Of a stretch of DNA of 29,332 nt, positions 1 to 7,861 are shown in pieces. The stretch lies in the NCBI GenBank assembly GCA_049599475.1, contig JBMYOQ010000057.1:1-29332 (forward strand), in the 5' to 3' direction. Below the pieces are notes generated by a model. It was given only the letters and a program-made list of their open reading frames with translations, was not told the origin of the DNA and did no database searches. A program made the translations under genes and the position numbers. Each line of letters opens with the position of its first letter. The stretch's first letter is position 1. This stretch comes from Opitutales bacterium. Lineage in GTDB: Bacteria; Verrucomicrobiota; Verrucomicrobiia; Opitutales; JABSRG01.

Positions 1-53
1 AATGGTGCACTTTCACCCGCAAATTACTGGTGCATTTTAACCGCAAACCGACA
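1..53. mobile_element. Terminal region of a probable IS21-family insertion sequence (rest lies left of the window)
   Basis: Reverse complement of 1-53 reads TGTCGGTTTGCGGTTAAAATGCACCAGTAATTTGCGGGTGAAAGTGCACCATT. It starts with TG and contains two ~20-bp direct repeats (TGGTGCACTTTCACCCGCAAA at 3-23, TGGTGCATTTTAACCGCAAA at 28-47). Repeated subterminal boxes are the hallmark of IS21 ends. No transposase is visible. Confidence 0.65.
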
Positions 54-63
54 TGGGTACACT

Positions 64-2040
64 TTGGTTTCCAGAATATTAGATGAAAATACTACCACAG
101 GCACCAGCCTCGAAATTGAAGGCGGCTCAGAGGCTACTTTTGAAAATAGCTTTTACGTAGGCCATAGCACCGGTGAGGCAGGCATCTTGGAAATCGGCGA
201 CTCACTTACTGTAGTCACGACAAATGCCAACGTCCGCCTCGGCGAAGATGGTACCGCGACCGTAGAGATGGATGACGACGCTATCTGGAATCACACCTCA
301 GGCAGTTTCGATCTCGGTGATGAAACCGGCCACGTCGACTTTTCACTCGATGACGGAGCCACCCTAAATGTCTCAGGCACACTCATGATCGCCGACAATG
401 GCACCGCCGATGTGAGCCTGCTAGACGAGAGCTCGATCGAAGCGGATGACATCACCCTCGGAGACGGCACAGGAACGGGCACGCTTACCGTCAACGAAGG
501 CACCCTAGTCCTGGCCAACGGAACCATCACCGTAGGCGACGGCGCCAGTGGCGAAAACGGCACGGGAACGCTCACCCTAGAAAACAAATCTGAATTGGAC
601 TCCTATGGCGACCTCTACATTGGAAACTACGGAACGGGCACTGTCACCTTCAACGACAGTGATTGGGATGACAAAACAGGCTCCGGAATTCCCGACATTT
701 ACCTCGGATTTCGTGCCGACGGTCAAGGAGTTCTAAACCTCTACAATACGGCCGAAGTCACCGTAGAGCGCCTCTATGCGGCTTACAATGGAACCGGCCA
801 AATCATTGTAAACAACAGCAGCTTCACCATCCCAGACGATACTTCCAGCCGCTTCTACCTAGGCTATAACGATGGTGCAACCGGTACCCTGAGTGTCGAA
901 AATGGCAGCACGTTTGCGTATCAAGATACCACAGACAATACTGCCTACATCGGTCGCGAAGGCGTGGGCACTATGACTATAACCGGCTCAGGAAGCAGCG
1001 CTACATTTGCCAGTTCATTAACAATCGGCAATACTGCAACCGCTACGGGCTCCTCACTGACCGTGGAAAGTGGCGCCAGTTTTGCCGGCACCGAACTCAT
1101 TTTAGATAATTCAACAAGCCTCAGTATCGACGGAGCAGATACCGAGTTTGTGCTAGCGGGCACACTCAGCTTTGGCAGCAATGAAACCGTCGCACTCACC
1201 GACGGAGCCACGTTCAAGGCCTTAGGCATTAGTGGTGACTTTACCAATACATCCGGAACCTTCAGCCCCGGTGCTTCCCCAGCTGCAGTAACTGTAACAG
1301 GAAACTACACACAGCAATCTGGAGCGACGCTCATTCTCGAAATCGGAGGTGAGCTCAGCGGTACTGAATACGACGTATTGTCGATCACCGGAAACGCAAC
1401 ACTCGCCGGAACGCTCCAAATAGACCTGATTGACGGCTATTCTCCCTCGGGTGGCGAAACCTTTGTGCTCTTATCCTATAGTTCACTCACCGACAACGGT
1501 GTGTCTGTCTCATTACCTAGTCTATCATCAGGCCTTAAATGGGAAACAAGCTGGGGGCCAGATTATCTCGCTCTCTCTGTGGGCTATTCTGCTGATCTAC
1601 CTGGATTCCGCACTCTCTGGGGACTCAGTTCCGATGGATCCGATGACTGGTTGGATTGGTCGGATAATGATTATCCGAATATACTCTATTATCTCTTTGG
1701 TTTAGGTGATCCTCGCGAGAGCTTTGTAGATTACCTATCGTATGGCGATGGCTCTCCGACTTCTGGTGTGCCCACTCTTGTCCATGAGTCAGATGGAAGC
1801 TACACCTTCAGCTTCACTCGGCGTAAAAATGAAACGGGATACACCTATACTTGCTTGGGCACTTCAGACCTCACCGGGACTTGGACAGACGTTACGTCAC
1901 CTACGGCTGAATTCCATCCGATTAGTAGTTACACTGAGGATATCGATGGAGTTTATGAAATTCAGCACTACAATTTCGACGATAGTTCTGCGCCCATGGG
2001 CTTCTTCTGGGTTGAGGTGTCCGAGATCGTTGCTGAGTGA
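64..2040 (+). CDS. Acidic beta-helical surface protein with T5SS/PEP-CTERM-associated repeats, autochaperone-like segment and PVC-type C-terminal domain; probably 5'-truncated
   Basis: Repeats such as LYIGNYGTGTVTFNDS, FYLGYNDGATGTLSVENGS and AYIGREGVGTMTITGSGS; GTFSPGASP...LILEIGG...YDVLSITGNATLAGTL segment; C-terminal D.S.NDYPNILYYLFGLGDP...FSFTRRK...TSDL..W...FFWVEV. No signal peptide; frame is open to base 1; TTG start is doubtful. Confidence 0.75.
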   Translation: MVSRILDENTTTGTSLEIEGGSEATFENSFYVGHSTGEAGILEIGDSLTVVTTNANVRLGEDGTATVEMDDDAIWNHTSGSFDLGDETGHVDFSLDDGATLNVSGTLMIADNGTADVSLLDESSIEADDITLGDGTGTGTLTVNEGTLVLANGTITVGDGASGENGTGTLTLENKSELDSYGDLYIGNYGTGTVTFNDSDWDDKTGSGIPDIYLGFRADGQGVLNLYNTAEVTVERLYAAYNGTGQIIVNNSSFTIPDDTSSRFYLGYNDGATGTLSVENGSTFAYQDTTDNTAYIGREGVGTMTITGSGSSATFASSLTIGNTATATGSSLTVESGASFAGTELILDNSTSLSIDGADTEFVLAGTLSFGSNETVALTDGATFKALGISGDFTNTSGTFSPGASPAAVTVTGNYTQQSGATLILEIGGELSGTEYDVLSITGNATLAGTLQIDLIDGYSPSGGETFVLLSYSSLTDNGVSVSLPSLSSGLKWETSWGPDYLALSVGYSADLPGFRTLWGLSSDGSDDWLDWSDNDYPNILYYLFGLGDPRESFVDYLSYGDGSPTSGVPTLVHESDGSYTFSFTRRKNETGYTYTCLGTSDLTGTWTDVTSPTAEFHPISSYTEDIDGVYEIQHYNFDDSSAPMGFFWVEVSEIVAE

Positions 2041-2099
2041 CCTGATGCTGTAATAAAGCTTATCTTCAATCGAGAATCGCCGATATATCCAAATCCGAA

Positions 2100-2831
2100 A
2101 TGACTACACTTTCTCGACGACTGCTCCCGCTTTTCCTCCTGTTCGCCTCAGTTGTTTTTTCCGATACTGAATCTCCGGCGATACAGATCGGGGATACGCG
2201 TGAGGAAGTTATTGATGCCTTGGGTGAACCTTCTGGAGCTCTCAATGCTGGCTCTGTGGAGGTTTTGACCTTTAATGGTGCAAATATTCGATTGAAAGAT
2301 GGTAAAGCCATTCATGTCGATCAAGCCTTTGCTCAGAAACAGGCCGTAGACAAAGACAAGCAGGCATTTGCCAAGCAAATGCGCGAGAAAGGCTATGTAG
2401 AATATAAGGGCAAGTGGTTCACTAAACCCAATTTGGAAGAATTTAAGAAACGCGAGCGAGCGGAGCGCCTGAAGAATGAGAGTGGAAAAAAGAAGGCAGA
2501 TTTTAAAGACTATCGCCTCGATGGCGCGCCCATCAACCTGCCCAAAATCCTGGCTCCTGGAAAAATAAATATGGTCGACTTTTACGCAGACTGGTGTGGT
2601 CCGTGTAAGAAAATGGAGCCGGAGCTGAAGAAAATTATCGCGGCGAATCCGGATGTCGCCTTACGGAAAGTCGATATCGTGAACTGGGATACCCCGGTCG
2701 TTGACCAATTTAAGATTCGATCCATTCCCAATGTTTGGGTCTTCGATAAGGGCGGCAAACTCGTAGGAAAACCGACGAGTAGCATGGGGCAAATTATCGA
2801 GTATTTAAAGGCGGCTAAAGCGCGAGGCTGA
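2100..2831 (+). CDS. Secreted thioredoxin-domain protein with N-terminal SmpA/BamE-like module
   Basis: Signal peptide; IQIGDTREEVIDALGEP motif; charged linker with GYVEYKGKWFT; C-terminal DFYADWCGPC and IRSIP thioredoxin motifs. Confidence 0.85.
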   Translation: MTTLSRRLLPLFLLFASVVFSDTESPAIQIGDTREEVIDALGEPSGALNAGSVEVLTFNGANIRLKDGKAIHVDQAFAQKQAVDKDKQAFAKQMREKGYVEYKGKWFTKPNLEEFKKRERAERLKNESGKKKADFKDYRLDGAPINLPKILAPGKINMVDFYADWCGPCKKMEPELKKIIAANPDVALRKVDIVNWDTPVVDQFKIRSIPNVWVFDKGGKLVGKPTSSMGQIIEYLKAAKARG

Positions 2832-2842
2832 TCTTTCGGGAC

Positions 2843-3292
2843 CTAATAGGTGTAGATGTATTTAAGTGTCTCGTCCTTCTTTGGGCCTCGAATCTTCCAT
2901 TCGGCCTGTATGAAGTCCTTTGAATCAATCAAGGAAAGGGAATAAAGATCTCGAACGCACAGGTGTGCTTCTTCTGTGATCCACAATCCGTTTTCCCAAA
3001 TTAGTTTCACTAAGAATACAGGATCGTCACGACGTTCTTGATACACGTTTACTCCGTAGTCCTTGAATTCCCAGCGATAGATGTTGCGCTGTTTAAGGTG
3101 TTTCCCGGAGTTTGCAGGTGTGAATATACCGGTCTCAAGGAAGCTTATAGAATTCTCCTCAATCGTTGATTCGACGGTTCCTTGGGACTCTCCATTCCAG
3201 TTCATTCTTGAACCATGTCCGCTTGCCGCGGTGAATGAGAATGCCTTCACGGCGGAGAGGCGATTCCTTAACTGTTCAAGAGACGGTGACAT
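2843..3292 (-). CDS. DUF6314-like protein
   Basis: Pattern E.G.F...NIYRWEF...HLC..DLY...W.I.GPKKD. Overlaps the upstream EamA gene by 17 bp. Confidence 0.7.
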   Translation of the reverse strand: MSPSLEQLRNRLSAVKAFSFTAASGHGSRMNWNGESQGTVESTIEENSISFLETGIFTPANSGKHLKQRNIYRWEFKDYGVNVYQERRDDPVFLVKLIWENGLWITEEAHLCVRDLYSLSLIDSKDFIQAEWKIRGPKKDETLKYIYTY

Positions 3293-4133
3293 GTCGTTTG
3301 CGCAGGCTAAGCCAGAGAGCGAATAGAATCAGGGCTGAACCTGCTCCAAGGCGCAATAAATTCGGAGAGCCCTCCCAGATCAGGAGGTTCACCAATATGC
3401 CTGCTGGAATTAAAGCATTGTTCATCGCTGCTAATACGCCTGCGTTTACCTTTGTGGCCCCATAATTCCATAAGAAATAACCGAGCCCTGATGCTCCAAC
3501 ACCAAGCCAGATTAAAACAAGCCATTGTGTTCCTTCGCTTGGTAGCTTTGGGGAGCCCAGGACGAGATAGGTAATACTTGCTACTAAAAAAGCGCCTAGG
3601 TAGAACCATGCAAACGAGTTGAGTGGCGAAAGGTTGGATCCCTCTGTTTGTTTGTGTCGCTTGTAGGCGACTTGTCCGAAGGCGAAACAAATATTGGCCC
3701 CCTGAACGACGAGAAAGCCGGTTAAAAAATCTGAGTTGATGGGGTTCGCGCGAATGATCGCGGCTCCCCCTATAGCTATGAGTGCAGAGCCGAGATGTAT
3801 GCCATTCCATTTTTTCGCGAAAGCATCATCGATAAGTGTTACGTAGAGGGGAGTTAGTATTGTGAATACCAATACCTCTGGGACGGTAAGCAGCAAAAAC
3901 GAATTGTAGTAAAAGATGTACATCAAGCCGAGTTGCACCGCGCCTATCCCCGTGAAAACGCCTATAGTGGACCATGGGGTTCCCTTTCTTTTTAAAAAGG
4001 GTAGGAAGATCGAAAGGGCCAAGGCTACTCGGATCCACACGGAGAAATAAGGATCTACCGCACCCGCCAGGTAGACTCCGATAAGACTAAAGGAGAATGC
4101 CCAGAGTATGGTGACGAAGACGAGGTAGATCAT
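3276..4133 (-). CDS. EamA/DMT transporter, YigM (BioP)-like
   Basis: About 10 hydrophobic helices. N-terminus TILWAFSFSLIGVYLAGAVDPYF..IRV resembles E. coli YigM; also GAVQLGLMY and SGLGYFLWN.GA motifs. Confidence 0.85.
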   Translation of the reverse strand: MIYLVFVTILWAFSFSLIGVYLAGAVDPYFSVWIRVALALSIFLPFLKRKGTPWSTIGVFTGIGAVQLGLMYIFYYNSFLLLTVPEVLVFTILTPLYVTLIDDAFAKKWNGIHLGSALIAIGGAAIIRANPINSDFLTGFLVVQGANICFAFGQVAYKRHKQTEGSNLSPLNSFAWFYLGAFLVASITYLVLGSPKLPSEGTQWLVLIWLGVGASGLGYFLWNYGATKVNAGVLAAMNNALIPAGILVNLLIWEGSPNLLRLGAGSALILFALWLSLRKRHVTVS

Positions 4134-4169
4134 GGAGATAAGTAGATTACCGGTCCTGAAAGAATAGAC

Positions 4170-4241
4170 AAAAAAAATCTCTGTGCTCTTAATGTCCTCT
4201 GTGGTTGAAATGAACCACGGAGAGCACGAAGTGCACAGAGA
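4170..4241 (-). terminator. Long hairpin plus U-tract ending the urea/urease operon; arms built of 9-bp periodic units
   Basis: Imperfect inverted repeat 4178-4206 / 4213-4241 followed on the minus strand by T8 (A-run at 4170-4177), 21 nt past the stop of the CbiM-like gene. Confidence 0.7.
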
Positions 4242-4262
4242 CTAGAAATATATCCGTTCTAC

Positions 4263-4964
4263 TTAGGATTCTGTTGTTTCTTCCAAAGTCACTTCTAGGC
4301 CATCTGGGAGCTCTGAGCTAAATGGTAAGGCGCAAGCGAAGATGATGATCGCCGCGGCTATCGGCTTGAGGCTGATGTTGTTTGATGTGTTGCTTTTGGC
4401 TGCTCCGAAAAGGGCGAGCATTCCGACGGTCATGGCTGCCTCGAGAAGTCCGATCGAAATGTGGTTCACGAAGAGAGCTTGGTATTGTGTCCCCATGATG
4501 ACTGCGAGGGTAAGTGCACCCGCGACAACAGAAGCGAAGGATGCAGCGAATCCAAGAGCCGATCGCCCTTGTGATTTGAATACACGCATCAATCCAGCAG
4601 TGATCGCGACGGGGACGACTCCGATTGCCAGGAAATTGGCTCCGAGTGTGGCAATGCTACCATCGGCAAAGGCGACTGCTTGAACCGTAAGGACGGCCGC
4701 CATGCTGAGCAGAGCGATGGCGGGGCCAAGCAGGATTGTAAGGAGAGTCGTTCCCAGAAAGTGTCCGGAATGGCTCGCGCCCATTGAAATGTTCACAGCC
4801 TGTCCGGCAAGGACGAGGAGAGTGAGGGCTACGGTCAGACCAAGGCGATCCTTGGACAACTCTGATTTTTTGAGTCTGAAGCCTGCCCAAGCGAGGGCTG
4901 CGAGGCCGAGGGATTGTGTCGCAATGACGGGAACGGATTGTGAGGTTGCTTCAACAAGGTGCAT
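4263..4964 (-). CDS. ECF-type nickel/cobalt S-component (CbiM/NikM) fused to a short PDGLE (NikN-like) segment
   Basis: Starts Met-His; conserved GHFLG...ILLGP.IA.LSM..VL.VQA..FADG..ATLGAN; ends with a TM helix and SSELPDGLE. Last gene of the urease operon. Confidence 0.85.
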   Translation of the reverse strand: MHLVEATSQSVPVIATQSLGLAALAWAGFRLKKSELSKDRLGLTVALTLLVLAGQAVNISMGASHSGHFLGTTLLTILLGPAIALLSMAAVLTVQAVAFADGSIATLGANFLAIGVVPVAITAGLMRVFKSQGRSALGFAASFASVVAGALTLAVIMGTQYQALFVNHISIGLLEAAMTVGMLALFGAAKSNTSNNISLKPIAAAIIIFACALPFSSELPDGLEVTLEETTES

Positions 4965-4994
4965 AGCAGTGTCAGTTTGTTGTATGTTATCTAG

Positions 4995-5867
4995 TTAATT
5001 GAAAAAAGTCTGTGCTCTTTGGAGAGCCTTGGGGTAGGTAATTTTTACGTTGCTCAGTAGCAAGGATCGCACCGCACTAATCGCCTTGCGCAGTGCCACG
5101 CCGTCTGAGGCGAGGACCTTGATGCCGATGCCTCCTTCACGCAATGCCGAGGCGCCGATATAAGCATCTTCGACATCGAGTGAATGTATGGGTTCGATTA
5201 GCTGTGTACTTGGATTCGGGGAGACAAAATAAAGGCTCGCATAGATCGCCGTGGGAGACTTTTGACGCCAATCTGCTGCGCCGCCTTGGCTCGGGTCGAC
5301 CGAGAAATTTTCAAATGCGATCAGGCATCCGTCCCGGCGAATTTTTAGTCTGGATTGCCATTGAGAAAAGCTGAAAAGCTCGCCGAAAGTCACACGTCCT
5401 GGAGAGACGATTTCGCAGAGGAGTAGGGTGCTGCTTGAACTGATATCGACCAGAGTTTCCTGCTTGAGCGATGCATCCTTTTGGAGGATTAAAGGCGCTG
5501 GCCACAGGTCAAGGAAGGCGTCTTCCTCCAGCCGGTAGCTTTGCTGAATTCTCGCGCACCCATTTTCCATCGTGTGCACACGACAGGCTGCGGGACTGAT
5601 CAAGGCGGCCTTCGCTCCCGCTTCTACTGTGGCATCTATTTCAATGAGATCCCCCTGCAGTAGACCTGCTGTGGGAGACATGAGCTGACTGATTGCCCAG
5701 CCGTGTTCCATGTAGGCTTTGCTCATGTGAAGCGGCGGGCGCACCCACTGCTCTTTGAGTTGAGTCGCTCCCAAGCTATCAGAAGCATACACCAAACGGG
5801 CCCCTCCGAGAACGGATCGGTTGTATGCTTTGGATTGGTTGTTTTCTTGGAGGAGCATTGGATTCAT
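4995..5867 (-). CDS. ureD: Urease accessory protein UreD
   Basis: PPLHMSK, SPTAGLLQGD, PAA.RVH, EIVSPGR...GE.F motifs; position after ureG. The start could be the second Met. Confidence 0.9.
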   Translation of the reverse strand: MNPMLLQENNQSKAYNRSVLGGARLVYASDSLGATQLKEQWVRPPLHMSKAYMEHGWAISQLMSPTAGLLQGDLIEIDATVEAGAKAALISPAACRVHTMENGCARIQQSYRLEEDAFLDLWPAPLILQKDASLKQETLVDISSSSTLLLCEIVSPGRVTFGELFSFSQWQSRLKIRRDGCLIAFENFSVDPSQGGAADWRQKSPTAIYASLYFVSPNPSTQLIEPIHSLDVEDAYIGASALREGGIGIKVLASDGVALRKAISAVRSLLLSNVKITYPKALQRAQTFFN

Positions 5868-5869
5868 CG

Positions 5870-5940
5870 GGAGGGACGCCGTCCTCAGCGTCCGCGGGTG
5901 TTTTACCAGCTCCAGCGGACATTGCGGACAATTTCCCTCT
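5870..5940. repeat. REP-like inverted dimer (GGAGGGA...GTCCG type) between ureG and ureD
   Basis: GGAGGGACGCCGTCCTCAGCGTCCG (5870-5894), and the reverse complement of 5916-5940, AGAGGGAAATTGTCCGCAATGTCCG. Same length and layout, each an imperfect hairpin. Confidence 0.6.
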
Positions 5941-5942
5941 CA

Positions 5943-6569
5943 CTAATTAGTGGAGATTGGGAAAAAGCACTCCTTTTCGAGCCATTCGATAAGTTCTTCG
6001 AGACCTTTGCGGCTTTTCAAATCACAGAAAATGAAGGGGCGATTTTCGCGCTGAATTTTCGCGTCGCGATCCATCACCTCGAGGTCTGCGCCGACGTAGG
6101 GCGCGAGTTCGATCTTGTTGATAATCATCAGATCAGAGAAGCGAATCGCTGGGCCGCCCTTACGTGGAATTTTATCCCCTTCAGCGACATCGATCACGTA
6201 GATAAACGCATCGACTAGCTCCGGAGAGAAAGTCGCTGATAGATTGTCTCCGCCACTCTCAAGGAGGACCACCTGGGCATCGGGAAACTGCATGGTGAGG
6301 TCCTCGATCGCGCGTTCGTTCATGCTCGTATCATCGCGGATAGCAGTATGAGGGCAGCCTCCTGTTTCCACGCCGAGGATGCGGCCGGCGTCGAGTGGGC
6401 TATTGCGCACGAGAAAAGCTTCGTCTTCTTTGGTGTAAATATCGTTTGTGATCGCTACCAAAGAGTATTTTTCATGCAGCGATTCGATCAGGCGAAGCAG
6501 ACACATTGTTTTACCGGAACCGACGGGTCCTCCGATGCCGATGCGAACAGGGCGCGTTGTTTGAGTCAT
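5943..6569 (-). CDS. ureG: Urease accessory GTPase UreG
   Basis: GPVGSGKT P-loop, [22 protein letters not shown]. Confidence 0.97.
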   Translation of the reverse strand: MTQTTRPVRIGIGGPVGSGKTMCLLRLIESLHEKYSLVAITNDIYTKEDEAFLVRNSPLDAGRILGVETGGCPHTAIRDDTSMNERAIEDLTMQFPDAQVVLLESGGDNLSATFSPELVDAFIYVIDVAEGDKIPRKGGPAIRFSDLMIINKIELAPYVGADLEVMDRDAKIQRENRPFIFCDLKSRKGLEELIEWLEKECFFPISTN

Positions 6570-6584
6570 AGGTATGTGTTTGGG

Positions 6585-7301
6585 TTATGAAATAAAGAGA
6601 CGAGAAAATGCGGTGCGGTGACGGGCCGAAGCAATATCAAAGGCCGGGGCAAACCAGCCTGCCTGGTCGCGTTCGATTTGCTGGGACGTGCGTATCCACT
6701 CGGGGAGAAGTCGCAGGCCTTCCGTGAGGGCAAGCTGACCAGCCTCCGGGCTGATGCGCAAAAGTTTGATCGAGGCGGATACGAAATTCGCGAGGTTCTG
6801 GTAGCCGTATGTAGACAGACCAGCCGTTTCGGGGATGCCCAAAATTTTGTATTGTAATGCGGATACGATACTGTGGTGGCCCCATACTTTTTTCCCTGCG
6901 AGCAAGGATTTGTATTCAGAAATCAACTCGTTGGAGGGGTAGAGCTTTTCGAGCATGCGCAGGCGTCCGCGTCCCTGGGCGATACTGGCGTCTCTGAGTT
7001 CTGATGCCCATTTGGTCGCATCGAGCTCTTGTTCGAGTTCCTCGAGAAGGCTCCAATTATCCTCAGCGACCGCCTTGATTGCATACCTTAGGTATGGGAG
7101 CTCCCAGTGCGCAAGCGAAGGCCCCGCGTGGTGTTTGAAAAAATCGATCAGCTCATCCGTGCGTGTGATTGCCGAATCTTTCGCCCACTGCTCCAGACCC
7201 AAAGAATGCGCATAGGCTCCGGTCGGAAACAACGGGTCTGAGATTTGGATAATAGACGCGACCCAAGCGGGATCGATCGAATCTGTAGCTTGCGCACTCA
7301 A
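6585..7301 (-). CDS. ureF: Urease accessory protein UreF
   Basis: QISDPLFPTGAYAHSLGLE and C-terminal H....SRLFIS. TTG start overlaps the ureE stop. Confidence 0.95.
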   Translation of the reverse strand: MSAQATDSIDPAWVASIIQISDPLFPTGAYAHSLGLEQWAKDSAITRTDELIDFFKHHAGPSLAHWELPYLRYAIKAVAEDNWSLLEELEQELDATKWASELRDASIAQGRGRLRMLEKLYPSNELISEYKSLLAGKKVWGHHSIVSALQYKILGIPETAGLSTYGYQNLANFVSASIKLLRISPEAGQLALTEGLRLLPEWIRTSQQIERDQAGWFAPAFDIASARHRTAFSRLFIS

Positions 7302-7771
7302 TGCGAATGGCTGTGGCTATGGGCGTGATCGTGGCTGTGGTCATGATCGTGACTATGCCCGCCCTGTTTACTCGGCTGAAAAACAGCCTTCATGCGGTGA
7401 TAATGGATATGTTCGCGTTCGAGCATCTGCTCCACGGCGAGATCATCTTGCACGAGGATACTGTCCTCGGTGAAGGCCGCCTTGAAATGAAGGTTTCCAA
7501 TCATCCAACCAGTCCATGCGGCTTTGGAAGGCTCAGGGAGCGCAATCTGGAAACAGGCCTCAGGCTCTTGCTCAATGACATATGCCTTGGTGTCGCTGGT
7601 GAATATGACATCTCCGTGGCTCAAGGCCTCTTCCACATCGATTCCGAAATCGGTGCCATCTTCGGCGCTGTGCCTCCAGCGTTTGCGCGCGAGTTTGTGG
7701 CGGTCGATTTTAACGGGGACCGACTCGAGAGAGCTTATGTCGGATTCGAGAGCTTTTGTAATTAAATGCAT
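7298..7771 (-). CDS. ureE: Urease accessory nickel chaperone UreE
   Basis: IGNLH motif, KRWR...DG..FGI segment, His-rich tail HSHDHDHSHDHAHSHSHSH. Confidence 0.95.
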   Translation of the reverse strand: MHLITKALESDISSLESVPVKIDRHKLARKRWRHSAEDGTDFGIDVEEALSHGDVIFTSDTKAYVIEQEPEACFQIALPEPSKAAWTGWMIGNLHFKAAFTEDSILVQDDLAVEQMLEREHIHYHRMKAVFQPSKQGGHSHDHDHSHDHAHSHSHSH

Positions 7772-7786
7772 GAATTGTGTTTCTGT

Positions 7787-7855
7787 GGTAGGGGCGGACC
7801 ACCGGGCCGCCCACGCTGGCTTGGCTCACGTTGCCAGTGGCCGCCGGCCGTTACC
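7787..7855. repeat. GGTAG-type REP plus degenerate inverted partner between ureC and ureE
   Basis: GGTAGGGGCGGACCACCGGGCCGCCC (7787-7812; stem GGGCGG/CCGCCC) shares its first 12 nt with the copy at 9614. The opposite-strand partner begins GGTAACGGCCGGCGGCC and ends at 7855. Confidence 0.7.
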
Positions 7856-7861
7856 TTTCTT

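Noticed and set aside
7301..7357. Short tandem repeats at the ureE 3' end
   Set aside because: Explained by the usual His-rich nickel-binding tail.
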